Origin: an uncultured Bacilli bacterium
GTDB lineage: Bacteria > Bacillota_I > Bacilli_A > RF39 > UBA660
Length of the DNA stretch: 43,126 nucleotides
Direction of reading: 5' to 3'
Assembly: GCA_944358735.1 (NCBI GenBank)
Contig: CALVRT010000062.1
Span: 1-43,126 of the forward strand
The translations under genes and the position numbers were made by a program. The notes below the pieces were generated by a model. It was not told the DNA's origin. It saw nothing but the letters and a program-made list of their open reading frames with translations, and did not search any database. Shown here piece by piece: positions 19,403 through 29,185 of this stretch (positions within the stretch are counted from its first letter, which is position 1; each line of letters starts with the position of its first letter).

Positions 19403-19476
19403 TAAATGCACCTTACTTTCATATATAATTATAACATCAATTCATCGATTTGTTCTAAAATTGTAAATATCACTAC

Positions 19477-19522
19477 TAAAATGTACAATTTTGTACATTT
19501 TATTTTCCCATTTTTGTACATT
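19477..19522. promoter_or_regulatory. 12-2-12 inverted repeat plus extra half-site upstream of the LRR operon
   Basis: TAAAATGTACAA-TT-TTGTACATTTTA, then TTTTGTACATT. Confidence 0.6.
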
Positions 19523-19732
19523 CTTATAGTATCATTAACATTAAATGTATCAAAAGGAATATCTTCGTTTTAAAAACATCAACAAATGCTCCTTTAAAGC
19601 GCTCAATATGATTTCATTTTGTTCAGTCCATAAATCTACTCTAGCACCATTTCTTGTAAAATTACAAATTTTTCTATAATTTGTTTATTAATTAAAATTT
19701 TGATAGAATAACAGGCAAAGAGGTGAAAAAAT

Positions 19733-20557
19733 ATGAATAGTTTTAATTACTCAAGTACAATTTTAATATGTTCTAAAATTAAAGATTTTAAAGAGTATTT
19801 AAAGAATATAAAAAGTGACTTTCATAAACTAGATAAAAGAAATAAAGAAAAATATTTAACAACAATAAAGTTAATGAGTTATACAGCTTTAAGTGGTAAA
19901 ACTAAAGAATCATACAGAACTCTTTATAATCATAAAGCTATAAAAAAGCTCATACTAGAACAATTTGCTGGCTTAAACTTACAAAACTTTGATTCTATTA
20001 TTGATGATTTACTAACAGTTTTATCTTCTATTACAGATACCCATACTACCCCAAACATATCAGAAGATAATATCAAAACAATATTTAAAACAATTAATCA
20101 AAAAATCCCTGAATTTAATAATATTTTATCCAATATTGATTTAGATATTTTAATTTTAGATTACACTGATAAAAATGTAAATTCAGCTACTGTTCCTTCA
20201 CAAAATTTTAAAAAATTTAAAATCCTTTGCTTTTGTATGAAAGACAACGATGAATACAAAAGTGGTGCTCTTAATCCTGTTTATGTTTTCTTGCACGAGC
20301 TAGGACATATTATTTGCTGGCTTGTAACAAGTGAATATAAAAAAACTCCTAATTCATTTTTTCAAGATATAGGAAAATATTTTATTGGTCTAACACCGGA
20401 TAATCCTGATGCTTTAGAAGTTTTCGCCGATTGTTTTGCCATGGCTATAATGTATAACACACCTTTAAATAAATATAATCCCTTTTCTATGTTTTCTGAA
20501 GAATTATTTATTGATTTAGAAAAGTATTTTACCAAAATTATTAAAACTATAAAATAA
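19733..20557 (+). CDS. zincin-like metallopeptidase (ImmA/IrrE-like)
   Basis: FLHELGH plus downstream EVFADCFA. Confidence 0.7.
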   Translation: MNSFNYSSTILICSKIKDFKEYLKNIKSDFHKLDKRNKEKYLTTIKLMSYTALSGKTKESYRTLYNHKAIKKLILEQFAGLNLQNFDSIIDDLLTVLSSITDTHTTPNISEDNIKTIFKTINQKIPEFNNILSNIDLDILILDYTDKNVNSATVPSQNFKKFKILCFCMKDNDEYKSGALNPVYVFLHELGHIICWLVTSEYKKTPNSFFQDIGKYFIGLTPDNPDALEVFADCFAMAIMYNTPLNKYNPFSMFSEELFIDLEKYFTKIIKTIK

Positions 20558-20559
20558 AT

Positions 20560-20607
20560 AGAGTATAGAATTTTACTCATACGTGATCTTCTATACTCTT
20601 TTTTTTA
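20560..20607. terminator. terminator between convergent genes
   Basis: AGAGTATAGAA...TTCTATACTCT followed by T-tract. Confidence 0.65.
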
Positions 20608-20619
20608 CATACTAATATT

Positions 20620-22362
20620 TTAATCAGCTGTCCAGCGATTTTCAAATTTATCTGGAGACATTTTTAACACTTTATATAAATTATCTCTTAACTCTTTTCC
20701 TTCAGACATATAGCTTAATGCATTTATTTGACTTCGTACGGCATCGCGAATATTTTTTAAAGAACCTTTATTCTTACTCCAATTTTGAGGGCTAAATATC
20801 TTCCCGTTATCTCTAGCCTCAGCATTAGCATTTTCAAAAGCCATATTTAAACAATTTCCTGCTAAATCAACTACTTTATCCATTAAATTATTTTCTTTTA
20901 AAAGATTTAAAACAATAGTCGGATTAGGAACCGTTTCAGGCATATTATTTATAACACAGAATACATACGAAATTGTATATAAATGATGATATGTAGCGTA
21001 TGACTTCATTGCTAATAATTGCTCATTCATATTTAACGGATTACTCTCATTCCACCTAAGCTTAACCGCATCAAATAATTCTTTTAAAGCTTGAATATTT
21101 TCTGGTTGATATTCTTTATGAAATAATTGCGTAAAATATTTATCAAAAATTTTAGTCTCACTATAAGATATTGTTGGTCTTTGAGAATGCCAAGCAATTA
21201 ATTCTTTGCCCAAATCTGTCAAATCAATTATATGGTTGGTATTATACTTGGCAGTATTTACTTTTTCACCACGCTTAGTTTTAAAATATCCATCTGGATA
21301 TCTTTCTTCATATGCTTTCTTAATTGCTAAAATATTTTTATCATTGCTTCTTAAATCTCTGGCTTTAACTGCACTTTGAGAATTAGTGTTTACACTTATC
21401 TTATCTGCTTTGTCATTATCGGCAATTTCATAAAACTTAAACAAAATATATCCATCATTTGTAGCCTTTATTGATTCACTACAAGAATAAATCGTATTTA
21501 ATGACTGGCAACCATTTACAACATTCAATTCTTTAGCCTTCAAAACATTATTAACTACTTCAAGTTTTGAACATATTGCTGTGATACCATTGTGATAAAA
21601 GAAAAATTCTTTGGGATTATTTTTTATCGTTTTAGCAATCCCTTTATTAATCTTATTATTTCCTAAAGATTGTCTAACATTTTTTCTAAACAAACTTCCA
21701 TCATGTATACCAGGAATATTTATACATTCTTTTAAAGGTATTGCCGCAATTATAGCTTTTGTGCCATCCAAATCTAATTCAATATATTTATTAGGTTGAA
21801 TTTTAAAATCATAATTAATATATGGCCTACTTTTATTCATAGCTTCATCATATCTAAAATTTATAACATCCAAATCCACCAATGTAAAATTTGCCGTTAA
21901 ATTTTCATAAGACGATAAAGTTTTTTGAAACACTTCAAAATCCTTTTTGGCTGCCGGTGTTAAATCTGCTATTGTTACCAACTCAAAACATATCGTATAA
22001 TCATCATCTATGGCATTAGAAATGTCATTAATCTTTGCTTTCAACTTTTCGTTAGCATTTTCTTGCAATGCATCTAAATTATTTATTTGGACCCATGATG
22101 CTAAAACTTCTTGTAATGGTTCAGAATCTACTTTACCTGAGTAATATTTACCTTGTAATATATAAATTATTGAATCTTGATTATCTATATATACAGCATC
22201 TATTTGTTTATCTCCCGCTCCATCAGTAATACAATCTTTAGTTTCAACAGTATCTAAATTAAAAATATTCCGCAAATACCATGCGATAAACCTTTGTCCG
22301 TCATTGGCATAATTGTTTTGATAATATTCACTTTTAATATCTTCACTTATCTTTTCTTTCAT
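20620..22362 (-). CDS. AIPR family (abortive infection phage resistance) protein
   Basis: DGAGDKQIDAVYI..QGKY, NVRQSLG, FFFYHNGIT, VVNGCQS, NSQSAV...DLRSND. Confidence 0.9.
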   Translation of the reverse strand: MKEKISEDIKSEYYQNNYANDGQRFIAWYLRNIFNLDTVETKDCITDGAGDKQIDAVYIDNQDSIIYILQGKYYSGKVDSEPLQEVLASWVQINNLDALQENANEKLKAKINDISNAIDDDYTICFELVTIADLTPAAKKDFEVFQKTLSSYENLTANFTLVDLDVINFRYDEAMNKSRPYINYDFKIQPNKYIELDLDGTKAIIAAIPLKECINIPGIHDGSLFRKNVRQSLGNNKINKGIAKTIKNNPKEFFFYHNGITAICSKLEVVNNVLKAKELNVVNGCQSLNTIYSCSESIKATNDGYILFKFYEIADNDKADKISVNTNSQSAVKARDLRSNDKNILAIKKAYEERYPDGYFKTKRGEKVNTAKYNTNHIIDLTDLGKELIAWHSQRPTISYSETKIFDKYFTQLFHKEYQPENIQALKELFDAVKLRWNESNPLNMNEQLLAMKSYATYHHLYTISYVFCVINNMPETVPNPTIVLNLLKENNLMDKVVDLAGNCLNMAFENANAEARDNGKIFSPQNWSKNKGSLKNIRDAVRSQINALSYMSEGKELRDNLYKVLKMSPDKFENRWTAD

Positions 22363-22375
22363 ACATTTACTCCTA

Positions 22376-23296
22376 TCATTTTTTATAATTCTTTGCTACT
22401 TTTATTAAATTTGTAAGTAATTCCTTATATGAAGACAAAATTATTATATCTTCACTATCTTTTTCAAAAGAATTTGTCTTTTGTGACAATTTATTTTTAA
22501 TAATAATCTTATTCTTAATTCCTTTAATCTTACAGGATTTATTCATTTTACTAATACACTCTTCTAACGATTCATTATCTTTTTGAAATTTAAGAGCAAT
22601 AACATTTTCTTTATCCTCTGATGGGATAATTGCATCTATTCCAGAATTTCTTTGTATAGGCAAACAATCAAATAAATCAATAATAAATTGTTCTTCTTTT
22701 GATTTATGATTATATTTTTCAATACCATCTTCAAGCAATTTAGAATCGGTTTTCACAATATTTCCAGTTAATCTTTCTTTACACAAATTAATTGCCTCAT
22801 CAGAAATATCAATACCAATATATTTCCTTTTTAAAAGTTTCGCCGTAGCTAAAGCAGTTCCGCTTCCACAAAAAGGGTCAAGAACTATATCACCTTCATC
22901 TGAACCTATTTTAATTATCTGTTCCAATAAAAGAATCGGCTTTTGTGTTGGATAACCATTACGCTCTTTCGCTTTTGGATTCAAATATGGTATATTCCAA
23001 ACATCAGATAAAGGAACACCTTTTTTGTCATAATTATTTACAATATTACCATCTTGGTCAGTTTGATATACCGTTATTCCATCACTATCTTTAACTCTAT
23101 TTTGTAATATTTGATCTAAATTAGTAGTTAAAGAATAATTTGTATATAAAGTATTAAATTTATAATTATTTGTTTTACTATAAAAAAATATATTTTGATG
23201 AGAATTTAATAAACCTTTTTTGGAATTAGACCATCTTTTATATGCCCAAATTATTTCACTTCGAAAATTATTACTTCCAACATTTGTTAATCCCAT
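22376..23296 (-). pseudogene. N4/N6 DNA methyltransferase (beta class), N-terminally truncated
   Basis: YPTQKP and VLDPFCGSGT are present; the catalytic DPP(Y/F) motif and preceding N-terminal region are absent. Confidence 0.8.
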
Positions 23297-23322
23297 AACT
23301 TACCACCACCTTTATAATTTTT

Positions 23323-24350
23323 TTAATATTCATTTAATTCAAAATTTTTCTTTTCTTCTTCTACAGCATTAATCAATTCTTGTTCTGTCGGCATATGCAA
23401 TTTATATTCTGTCGAAAATATTGTTTTGTTATCTTCAGGAAGTGTATATTTTACAACAGTTTTATTTCTGTTTGTAGAAAGCAATATTCCCACCGTTGGA
23501 TTTTCATCATCTTGTTTTATTTCTCTATCGTAGTAATTAACATACATTTGCATTTGCCCGATATCTTGGTGAGTTACTTTTCCTATTTTTAAGTCAATTA
23601 TAACAAAACATCTTAATAATCTGTTATAGAAAACTAAATCCGGATAAAAATGATCTTCTTCTAACGTTAATCTCACCTGATTGCCAACATAACTAAAGCC
23701 TTTACCAAGTTCTAGTAAAAATTCTTTTAAGTGTTCTAATATATTTTTTCCAAATCGCTTTCTAAATAATCTGTATTTTCCTTAATGTCCAAAAACTCTA
23801 AGACAAATGGATCTTTTACCAAATCTTTACCAGTTTTTAATACCTGCCCTCTTTCTGATAATTCCAATACCTTATTTTTATCAGCAGATAAAGCTAATCT
23901 TTCATATAACAAAGAATCCTTTTGTCTTTGAAGTTCTCTGACACTCCAATTAGAATTAATTGCTTCTTTAAAATAGAAGTTTCTTTTAGTTTTTTCTTCT
24001 ATCTTTATTAACTCTACATAATGCGACCAACTCAATTGCGACGACACTGTTGTCGCAATTTGAAAGCAATTATAAAATTTTCGCATCCTTTCCAAATTTC
24101 TTTTTGAAAAGCCTTTGCCAAATTCTTTAGTTAATTTTTCTGATAACTTTTCTAAAATAGCATCACCGTAACTGGCCCTTTCATTTCCTTGTTGCACTTC
24201 CATAATCACTTTACCTATATTCCAATATAAATTAAGCATTTCAGTATTTACAGCACTATAAACTTTATTTCTACTATTGATAACTAGCTATCTTATATTA
24301 GCAAATATATTATTTATTTCGCGATCATCATTTATTAATTCATTAACCAT
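23323..24350 (-). pseudogene. yhcG: YhcG/DUF1016 PD-(D/E)XK nuclease family gene, disrupted twice
   Basis: ATG at 24350; in-frame TAG at 24288-24290; frameshift in an A6 tract at 23744-23749. Motifs LYWNIG, LSWSHY, KDPFVLEFL, DLVFY, GQMQMY. Confidence 0.9.
24034..24060. repeat. in-frame inverted repeat in yhcG
   Basis: AATTGCGAC-N9-GTCGCAATT, encoding IATTVSSQL. Confidence 0.9.
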
Positions 24351-24399
24351 AAATTTCCCCCTTTTCCTTGCTTTTTTTCATTACTTTAATGATATCACA

Positions 24400-24446
24400 T
24401 TTCCTATTATTTTCCTAATAAATTTCCTAATAAATTTCCTAATAAA
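24400..24446. repeat. 12-bp tandem repeat x3 plus one degenerate copy
   Basis: TTTCCTAATAAA at 24411, 24423 and 24435; TTTCCTATTAT at 24400. Confidence 0.85.
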
Positions 24447-24483
24447 ATCAAAAAAACAAATGATTTTCTTATAACCATTTGTT

Positions 24484-24867
24484 TTAATCATTACCAAGTA
24501 AATATAAACTAATACTAAATAAACCAATACCAAGCATAATTAAGGATGATTTAACATCTATTTGCCCTAGCACATTTAATACTATAATAGCAATGCTCAT
24601 TGCTAAAGCGACCGCTTTTAAAATTAAATTCACTAAACTTTTGTTTTTAGTAACAACCCCATTTTGCATTTTAGTATTTAATAAATCATTGACTGGCACT
24701 TCCAGCACATCAGCAAGCCTAGCAATGGTATTGATATCAGGATAAGATAAATCTCTTTCCCATTTAGAAACAGCTTTATCAGTAACGTTCATCTTTTCCG
24801 CAAGTTCTTGCTGGGTATAACCTTTTTTCTTCCGTAAAGAAGCAATCGTTTTTCCAATACTTTTCAT
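24484..24867 (-). CDS. XRE-family HTH regulator with two C-terminal TM helices
   Basis: TQQELAEKMNVTDKAVSKWER; SD GGAGG before ATG at 24867. Confidence 0.88.
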   Translation of the reverse strand: MKSIGKTIASLRKKKGYTQQELAEKMNVTDKAVSKWERDLSYPDINTIARLADVLEVPVNDLLNTKMQNGVVTKNKSLVNLILKAVALAMSIAIIVLNVLGQIDVKSSLIMLGIGLFSISLYLLGND

Positions 24868-25046
24868 TTTTATAACCTCCACAAAAATATTACCATTATT
24901 TATATATAAAGTAAACCGACAATCAGTTTAGTTTTATAAACTATTAGTTTACTAATTACAAACTATGTCCAGTTAACGACCTTTTAAATTTTATCATACA
25001 TCTTAATGTTTGACCATTATTAAAAAGATAATAAGTAAATTCCCTA

Positions 25047-26387
25047 TTATCTTTGTGAATTATATTTTTTAGAAAACTCTTTAATATATTTTTTACGCAT
25101 TACTGGAAGAATTTCTGAAGCAATTTCAGTAGATACATCGTTCATACTCATATTAGAAGTGTCAAGTAATATAAGAGAGTTTACACTACCCAAAAATAAT
25201 TTTTGTAAAGCAGACAAGCTATCATTATAAGAGTTAATATTTTCTTCATTTAGGAATGACCTTTGTTCTAAAGCTAGACTAGATACATAATCCCTTCTTA
25301 AAGAAACTAAAGGGTCAGCATAAGTAATTACTAAAAAATCTATTAATTCTTTTGAAATATCAGCATATTTATCTCTAGCTTCTAAATACACATCTTCTGG
25401 CATATCACCGCTTATAAATCTTCGGTAATTCCATATTTGTCTATCATTTATTGACCTATCAATTAATATAATATCATTATTTGAATAAATTCCCTCTTGT
25501 AATTGTCTATACACTTCTTCTAAAATTGCTATATTACTATCAGCAAGATTCATTTGATGAAATTTAGCTTTTAAATTTTCTTTATAGTATTTTGAAGTTG
25601 TAAATTCTTCTATAAGTGAAACACTAAAACCACCTTTTTTAAAGAAATCATATAAGTTATTTATCGTTGTTGTTTTACCAGTCCTTGGCGTTCCCGAAAA
25701 CTCAATGACAAAAGGTTTGGGAAGGGAAACCAAAGCTTTTAATCTTTGTAATTCTATCTTTTCAGCGTGTAACTGTTTTAATTTTTGATAATATTCTTCT
25801 TCACCAGCAAAAATAGTATCTTTTAAAAACTCATTTTCTTTAGGCATAAATACTTTATCTAAAATATCTTTTAACCTTTTAAAAATCGGTAAATTTTCAT
25901 CTTCACCATAAATTAAACTTTCATAAACACCTGTATAATACCACCTTTGCGCTTTTTCGCCTCTTTTAAAAGCACTAAAATCTCTATTACCAGATTTTTC
26001 GAATTTCAAAAATAAATCTTCTAAATTATTTATTTTATCAGCACATATAACTAGTTTATTTCTAAATGGTAAATTTTTAGTTTCTCTAATTGTATAACTT
26101 TTCCTATCTTCCCAAGATAATGATTTATCAGGTTCAGAAGCTCCCATTACTAAATTAGCAATATCTTCTCCAAACTCTTTCTTTATATCATTAATTGTAT
26201 ATTTGGTATCTTCGACCACGTCATGCAGATATCCAGCTGCCACAACATTATCATCATAACCATATTCTTCTAATAAATTTCCTACACTAATCGGATGAAT
26301 TATTTCAGGTTTATCTGGTTCATTTTTTCTAATTTGCCCCATATGCGCCATAACTGCAAACCTTTTAGCTTTTTCTTTTACATCCAT
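25047..26387 (-). CDS. HD (RelA/SpoT-hydrolase/Mesh1-like) domain fused to a thymidylate/deoxynucleoside-kinase-like domain
   Basis: AHMGQIRK...IIHP, LHDVVEDT, ADKINNL; then EFSGTPRTGKTT and LIDRS. Confidence 0.85.
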   Translation of the reverse strand: MDVKEKAKRFAVMAHMGQIRKNEPDKPEIIHPISVGNLLEEYGYDDNVVAAGYLHDVVEDTKYTINDIKKEFGEDIANLVMGASEPDKSLSWEDRKSYTIRETKNLPFRNKLVICADKINNLEDLFLKFEKSGNRDFSAFKRGEKAQRWYYTGVYESLIYGEDENLPIFKRLKDILDKVFMPKENEFLKDTIFAGEEEYYQKLKQLHAEKIELQRLKALVSLPKPFVIEFSGTPRTGKTTTINNLYDFFKKGGFSVSLIEEFTTSKYYKENLKAKFHQMNLADSNIAILEEVYRQLQEGIYSNNDIILIDRSINDRQIWNYRRFISGDMPEDVYLEARDKYADISKELIDFLVITYADPLVSLRRDYVSSLALEQRSFLNEENINSYNDSLSALQKLFLGSVNSLILLDTSNMSMNDVSTEIASEILPVMRKKYIKEFSKKYNSQR

Positions 26388-26506
26388 AACTCATAATCCC
26401 CCTTATTTTTAATATAATTTCTTAACCCCATAACTAACTCTTTCTTTTATAGAATATCACATAACAAACTATTTATCAATTATAAAATAAAAACCGTTAA
26501 AACAAT

Positions 26507-27343
26507 TTAACGATTTTCATCTATCCAAGCATCTACTTTAGATATCCAGTTACCGCTTGCTCCAAAGCCGTGTGGATAATTATCTAAAACATTTACTTCG
26601 ATATTTTTATTCAAATTTTCCAGTAAATCTACCTGTGCATTAAACTGATTATAAAATGGGTCTTCCGTCCCATAGACATAGTAAGTTGGAGGAAGGTCAA
26701 AATCTTTAAATGTATTTTCATCTAAATCAGCCACGGATAATCTGCCATAAAAGGAATAACCCATAATTACATTATTTGGTGTACTAGAAGTCTTATCTAT
26801 TTCATCACTAGATTTAGTATCTAAATTACCAGTAGGCTCATCAGCTAAAATAATTGAAGGATTAGTGATTATTGCCCGCCCAATTGATGTTCTTTGTTGC
26901 TGCTCGCCTGATAATTCGTTTGATAAATGGTGTTTCCTACTTTCTAAACCTAATTGTTTTAATAATTCTTTTAACTTTGTTTTATCAACCTTACGGTTAT
27001 CAAGTTCTAACGGTAAAGTAATATTTTCTTCGACATTTAATATTGGTATTAAGTTATAAAACTGATAAATAAGTCCAACTTGCCTTCTCCTAAAAATAGC
27101 TAGTTTATCATCATTTAAACTATAAATATCTTTATCACCAATAAATACTTTACCTTTAGTTGGTCTATCAACGCCACCAATTAAATGCAGTAATGTACTT
27201 TTACCACTTCCACTTGCTCCGACAATAGCAACAAATTCACCTTTATTAACGGTAAATGATACATCATCTAAAGCAACAACTTTATTTTCACCTTTGCCAT
27301 ATACTTTAGAAAGATGTTCAACTTTAAGTATTTCCATAGACAA
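26507..27343 (-). pseudogene. chimera: LolD/MacB-type ABC ATPase N-part fused to an alpha/beta-hydrolase C-terminus
   Basis: GASGSGKS, LSGEQQQR and LADEPTGNLD but no H-loop; continues into PPTYYVYGTEDPF...HGFG. Confidence 0.75.
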
Positions 27344-27434
27344 CTCTCCTTTTCTCTTTAATTATATTATAACGTAAATGACAAGTAAGTGACTTTTTTT
27401 AATTTTATAAAAAAACATAAGTTATAACCTATGT

Positions 27435-27692
27435 TTACAATTTAGATTTTAAAAAATTTTCAAATACTTTAATTCCATAATCCTTATTATAATAATTAGG
27501 AAATTCATTGAGATGCGCAAGAGCGATTTTAGCTGTCATAAACAAATTATCATCAGTGACATTTGTTTTCGGGTTTATCCTTCCGTGTTCTAATTCAATA
27601 TTTATTCCTTCTAAAAACTCTTCAGGTGTAAATTTATCAAAAGTAACGCCTAGTAAGGATGCGGCATAATAAGCATCTTTTAAATCATACAT
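27435..27692 (-). CDS. DUF5661-like small protein
   Basis: GINIELEH...TAKIALAHLNEFPNYY. Confidence 0.75.
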   Translation of the reverse strand: MYDLKDAYYAASLLGVTFDKFTPEEFLEGINIELEHGRINPKTNVTDDNLFMTAKIALAHLNEFPNYYNKDYGIKVFENFLKSKL

Positions 27693-27745
27693 TATATCAC
27701 CATTATAATATATGCGTTATTGATAATATTCATAAATAAAACTGT

Positions 27746-28630
27746 TTAATTTTCTAATAAAAACGGGTCTGTCTCTGCTCCAGTTCCGCCAGTAATTTTA
27801 ACATTTGGGGATAAATATACTGCAGGACGAGGTGTAAAAACCGAACTATTTACACGATCATTATCCATTGTACGATCATCATATATAGGATAAAATACAT
27901 AATTAGAATAACCAAAATAAGGTGAAATAGTCCACCAACGATAGGGCGAATACATCCATGTAGTATCTCTACATATACTATAGTTAACAAGATTACTTAA
28001 CCGCAGTGTTCCGCATAAATTAATATCATTATTGGATCTAATAACATCACTTGCAGTAACCAAGCCAATGTTTCCAAACCATTCATTACTTTTTTCATCA
28101 CTTATTTGACTAGCCAAATCATTATTATTGTATTCTATTGCTCCAATATACCGTATATGATTAATAATTTGATTTTGAGCCTCATTTATTAAACTATTAA
28201 AATATTCTTCATTCAAATATGTGTTTAAAGTTGCTGGTCTCGCCCAATTATTACTGTTAGATGTATCCCAAGCTTGATTAGACAATACTTCGTTTCTTAA
28301 TATTTTTATTGTATTATCACTTTCTACAGATATTATTCGCCATAATTCATTATTAAAATTTATATAATTATTTGGATTTGCTCCTTTATAAATATATCTT
28401 CTTTCTTCATAGGTATCAGCATACAAACCATCACCTGATGTAACCACATCAACCATCTCTAGTAATGCTTCCCCACCAGTAGGATTACTAACTACATTTC
28501 CTTTAGCCTTTATTTCTAAATTAGTTTGCATTGCCGCATACCCTACAGTCATAATTAATAATAAACTACATATACTAATTATAATTATTTTTCTTTGTTT
28601 ATTTCTTCTTCTACTTCTAATCCTTCTCAT
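27746..28630 (-). CDS. membrane-anchored surface protein (DUF6273-like)
   Basis: Basic N-terminus plus TM helix; NNYINFNNELWRII, WWTISP, RPAVYL, GGTG...DPF. Confidence 0.7.
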   Translation of the reverse strand: MRRIRSRRRNKQRKIIIISICSLLLIMTVGYAAMQTNLEIKAKGNVVSNPTGGEALLEMVDVVTSGDGLYADTYEERRYIYKGANPNNYINFNNELWRIISVESDNTIKILRNEVLSNQAWDTSNSNNWARPATLNTYLNEEYFNSLINEAQNQIINHIRYIGAIEYNNNDLASQISDEKSNEWFGNIGLVTASDVIRSNNDINLCGTLRLSNLVNYSICRDTTWMYSPYRWWTISPYFGYSNYVFYPIYDDRTMDNDRVNSSVFTPRPAVYLSPNVKITGGTGAETDPFLLEN

Positions 28631-28744
28631 TTTACTTCCCTTCTTTATATTATCAAAAATATTATATCACATTTTATTGGTATACTCAAACTTTTATTAA
28701 TAATTTGGTTTTTAATGAGAAAATTACTAATGGTGATGGATATA

Positions 28745-29173
28745 ATGTTAAATAATAATTTACAATTTTGCCGAGAAGAACTTGGGATGACCCAAACAGA
28801 ACTTGGAAACGTTTTTGGTATTCATAAATCAACTATTTCTGGCTGGGAAAATGGTTATAGTGTAATTCCTTTAAAAAAACTAATTGCCTTTTGTAACTTA
28901 TACAATTATTCAGTAGATTTTGTTTGTGGACTTTCACGAAAAAATAACAAAGATTTTAAAGTCGCTTTAGACAAAAAATTAATCGGTCAAAGATTGAGAG
29001 AAATAAGAAAAAAATTAGGCTTAACCCAGCAACAAATGGCTGACGAATGTGCGGTTTCCCAGCCCACTTATAACACTTATGAAACCGGCCTATATCTAGC
29101 TAGTACTATGACAATATATACTATTTGTAAAAAACATAGTATTTCAATGGACGATATTTTAAAATCTAAATAA
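28745..29173 (+). CDS. tandem double XRE HTH regulator
   Basis: MTQTELG...ISGWENG and LTQQQMA...YNTYETG; start refined to ATG at 28745. Confidence 0.85.
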   Translation: MLNNNLQFCREELGMTQTELGNVFGIHKSTISGWENGYSVIPLKKLIAFCNLYNYSVDFVCGLSRKNNKDFKVALDKKLIGQRLREIRKKLGLTQQQMADECAVSQPTYNTYETGLYLASTMTIYTICKKHSISMDDILKSK

Positions 29174-29185
29174 AACAAACAGTTT

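Larger units (their letters stand above)
13017..24450. mobile_element. tRNA-Gly-associated decaying genomic/defence island (boundaries approximate, no integrase seen)
   Basis: Starts at the tRNA 3' end; contains KilA-N, AIPR, MTase, YhcG and several pseudogenes; tandem repeats at both ends. Confidence 0.55.

Noticed and set aside
19500-19690. Coding-like minus-strand text (RNGARVDLWTEQNE...DIPFDTFNVNDT)
   Set aside because: It needs several frameshifts and cannot be assigned to a family.
24288-24290. Stop-codon recoding (TAG in yhcG, or TGA read as Trp)
   Set aside because: TAG and TGA end normal genes in this window, and yhcG also has a frameshift, so pseudogenisation is the simpler explanation.
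24400-24446. Possible CRISPR array (also the repeat at 42996-43126)
   Set aside because: These are tandem repeats without spacers, and no cas genes are present.
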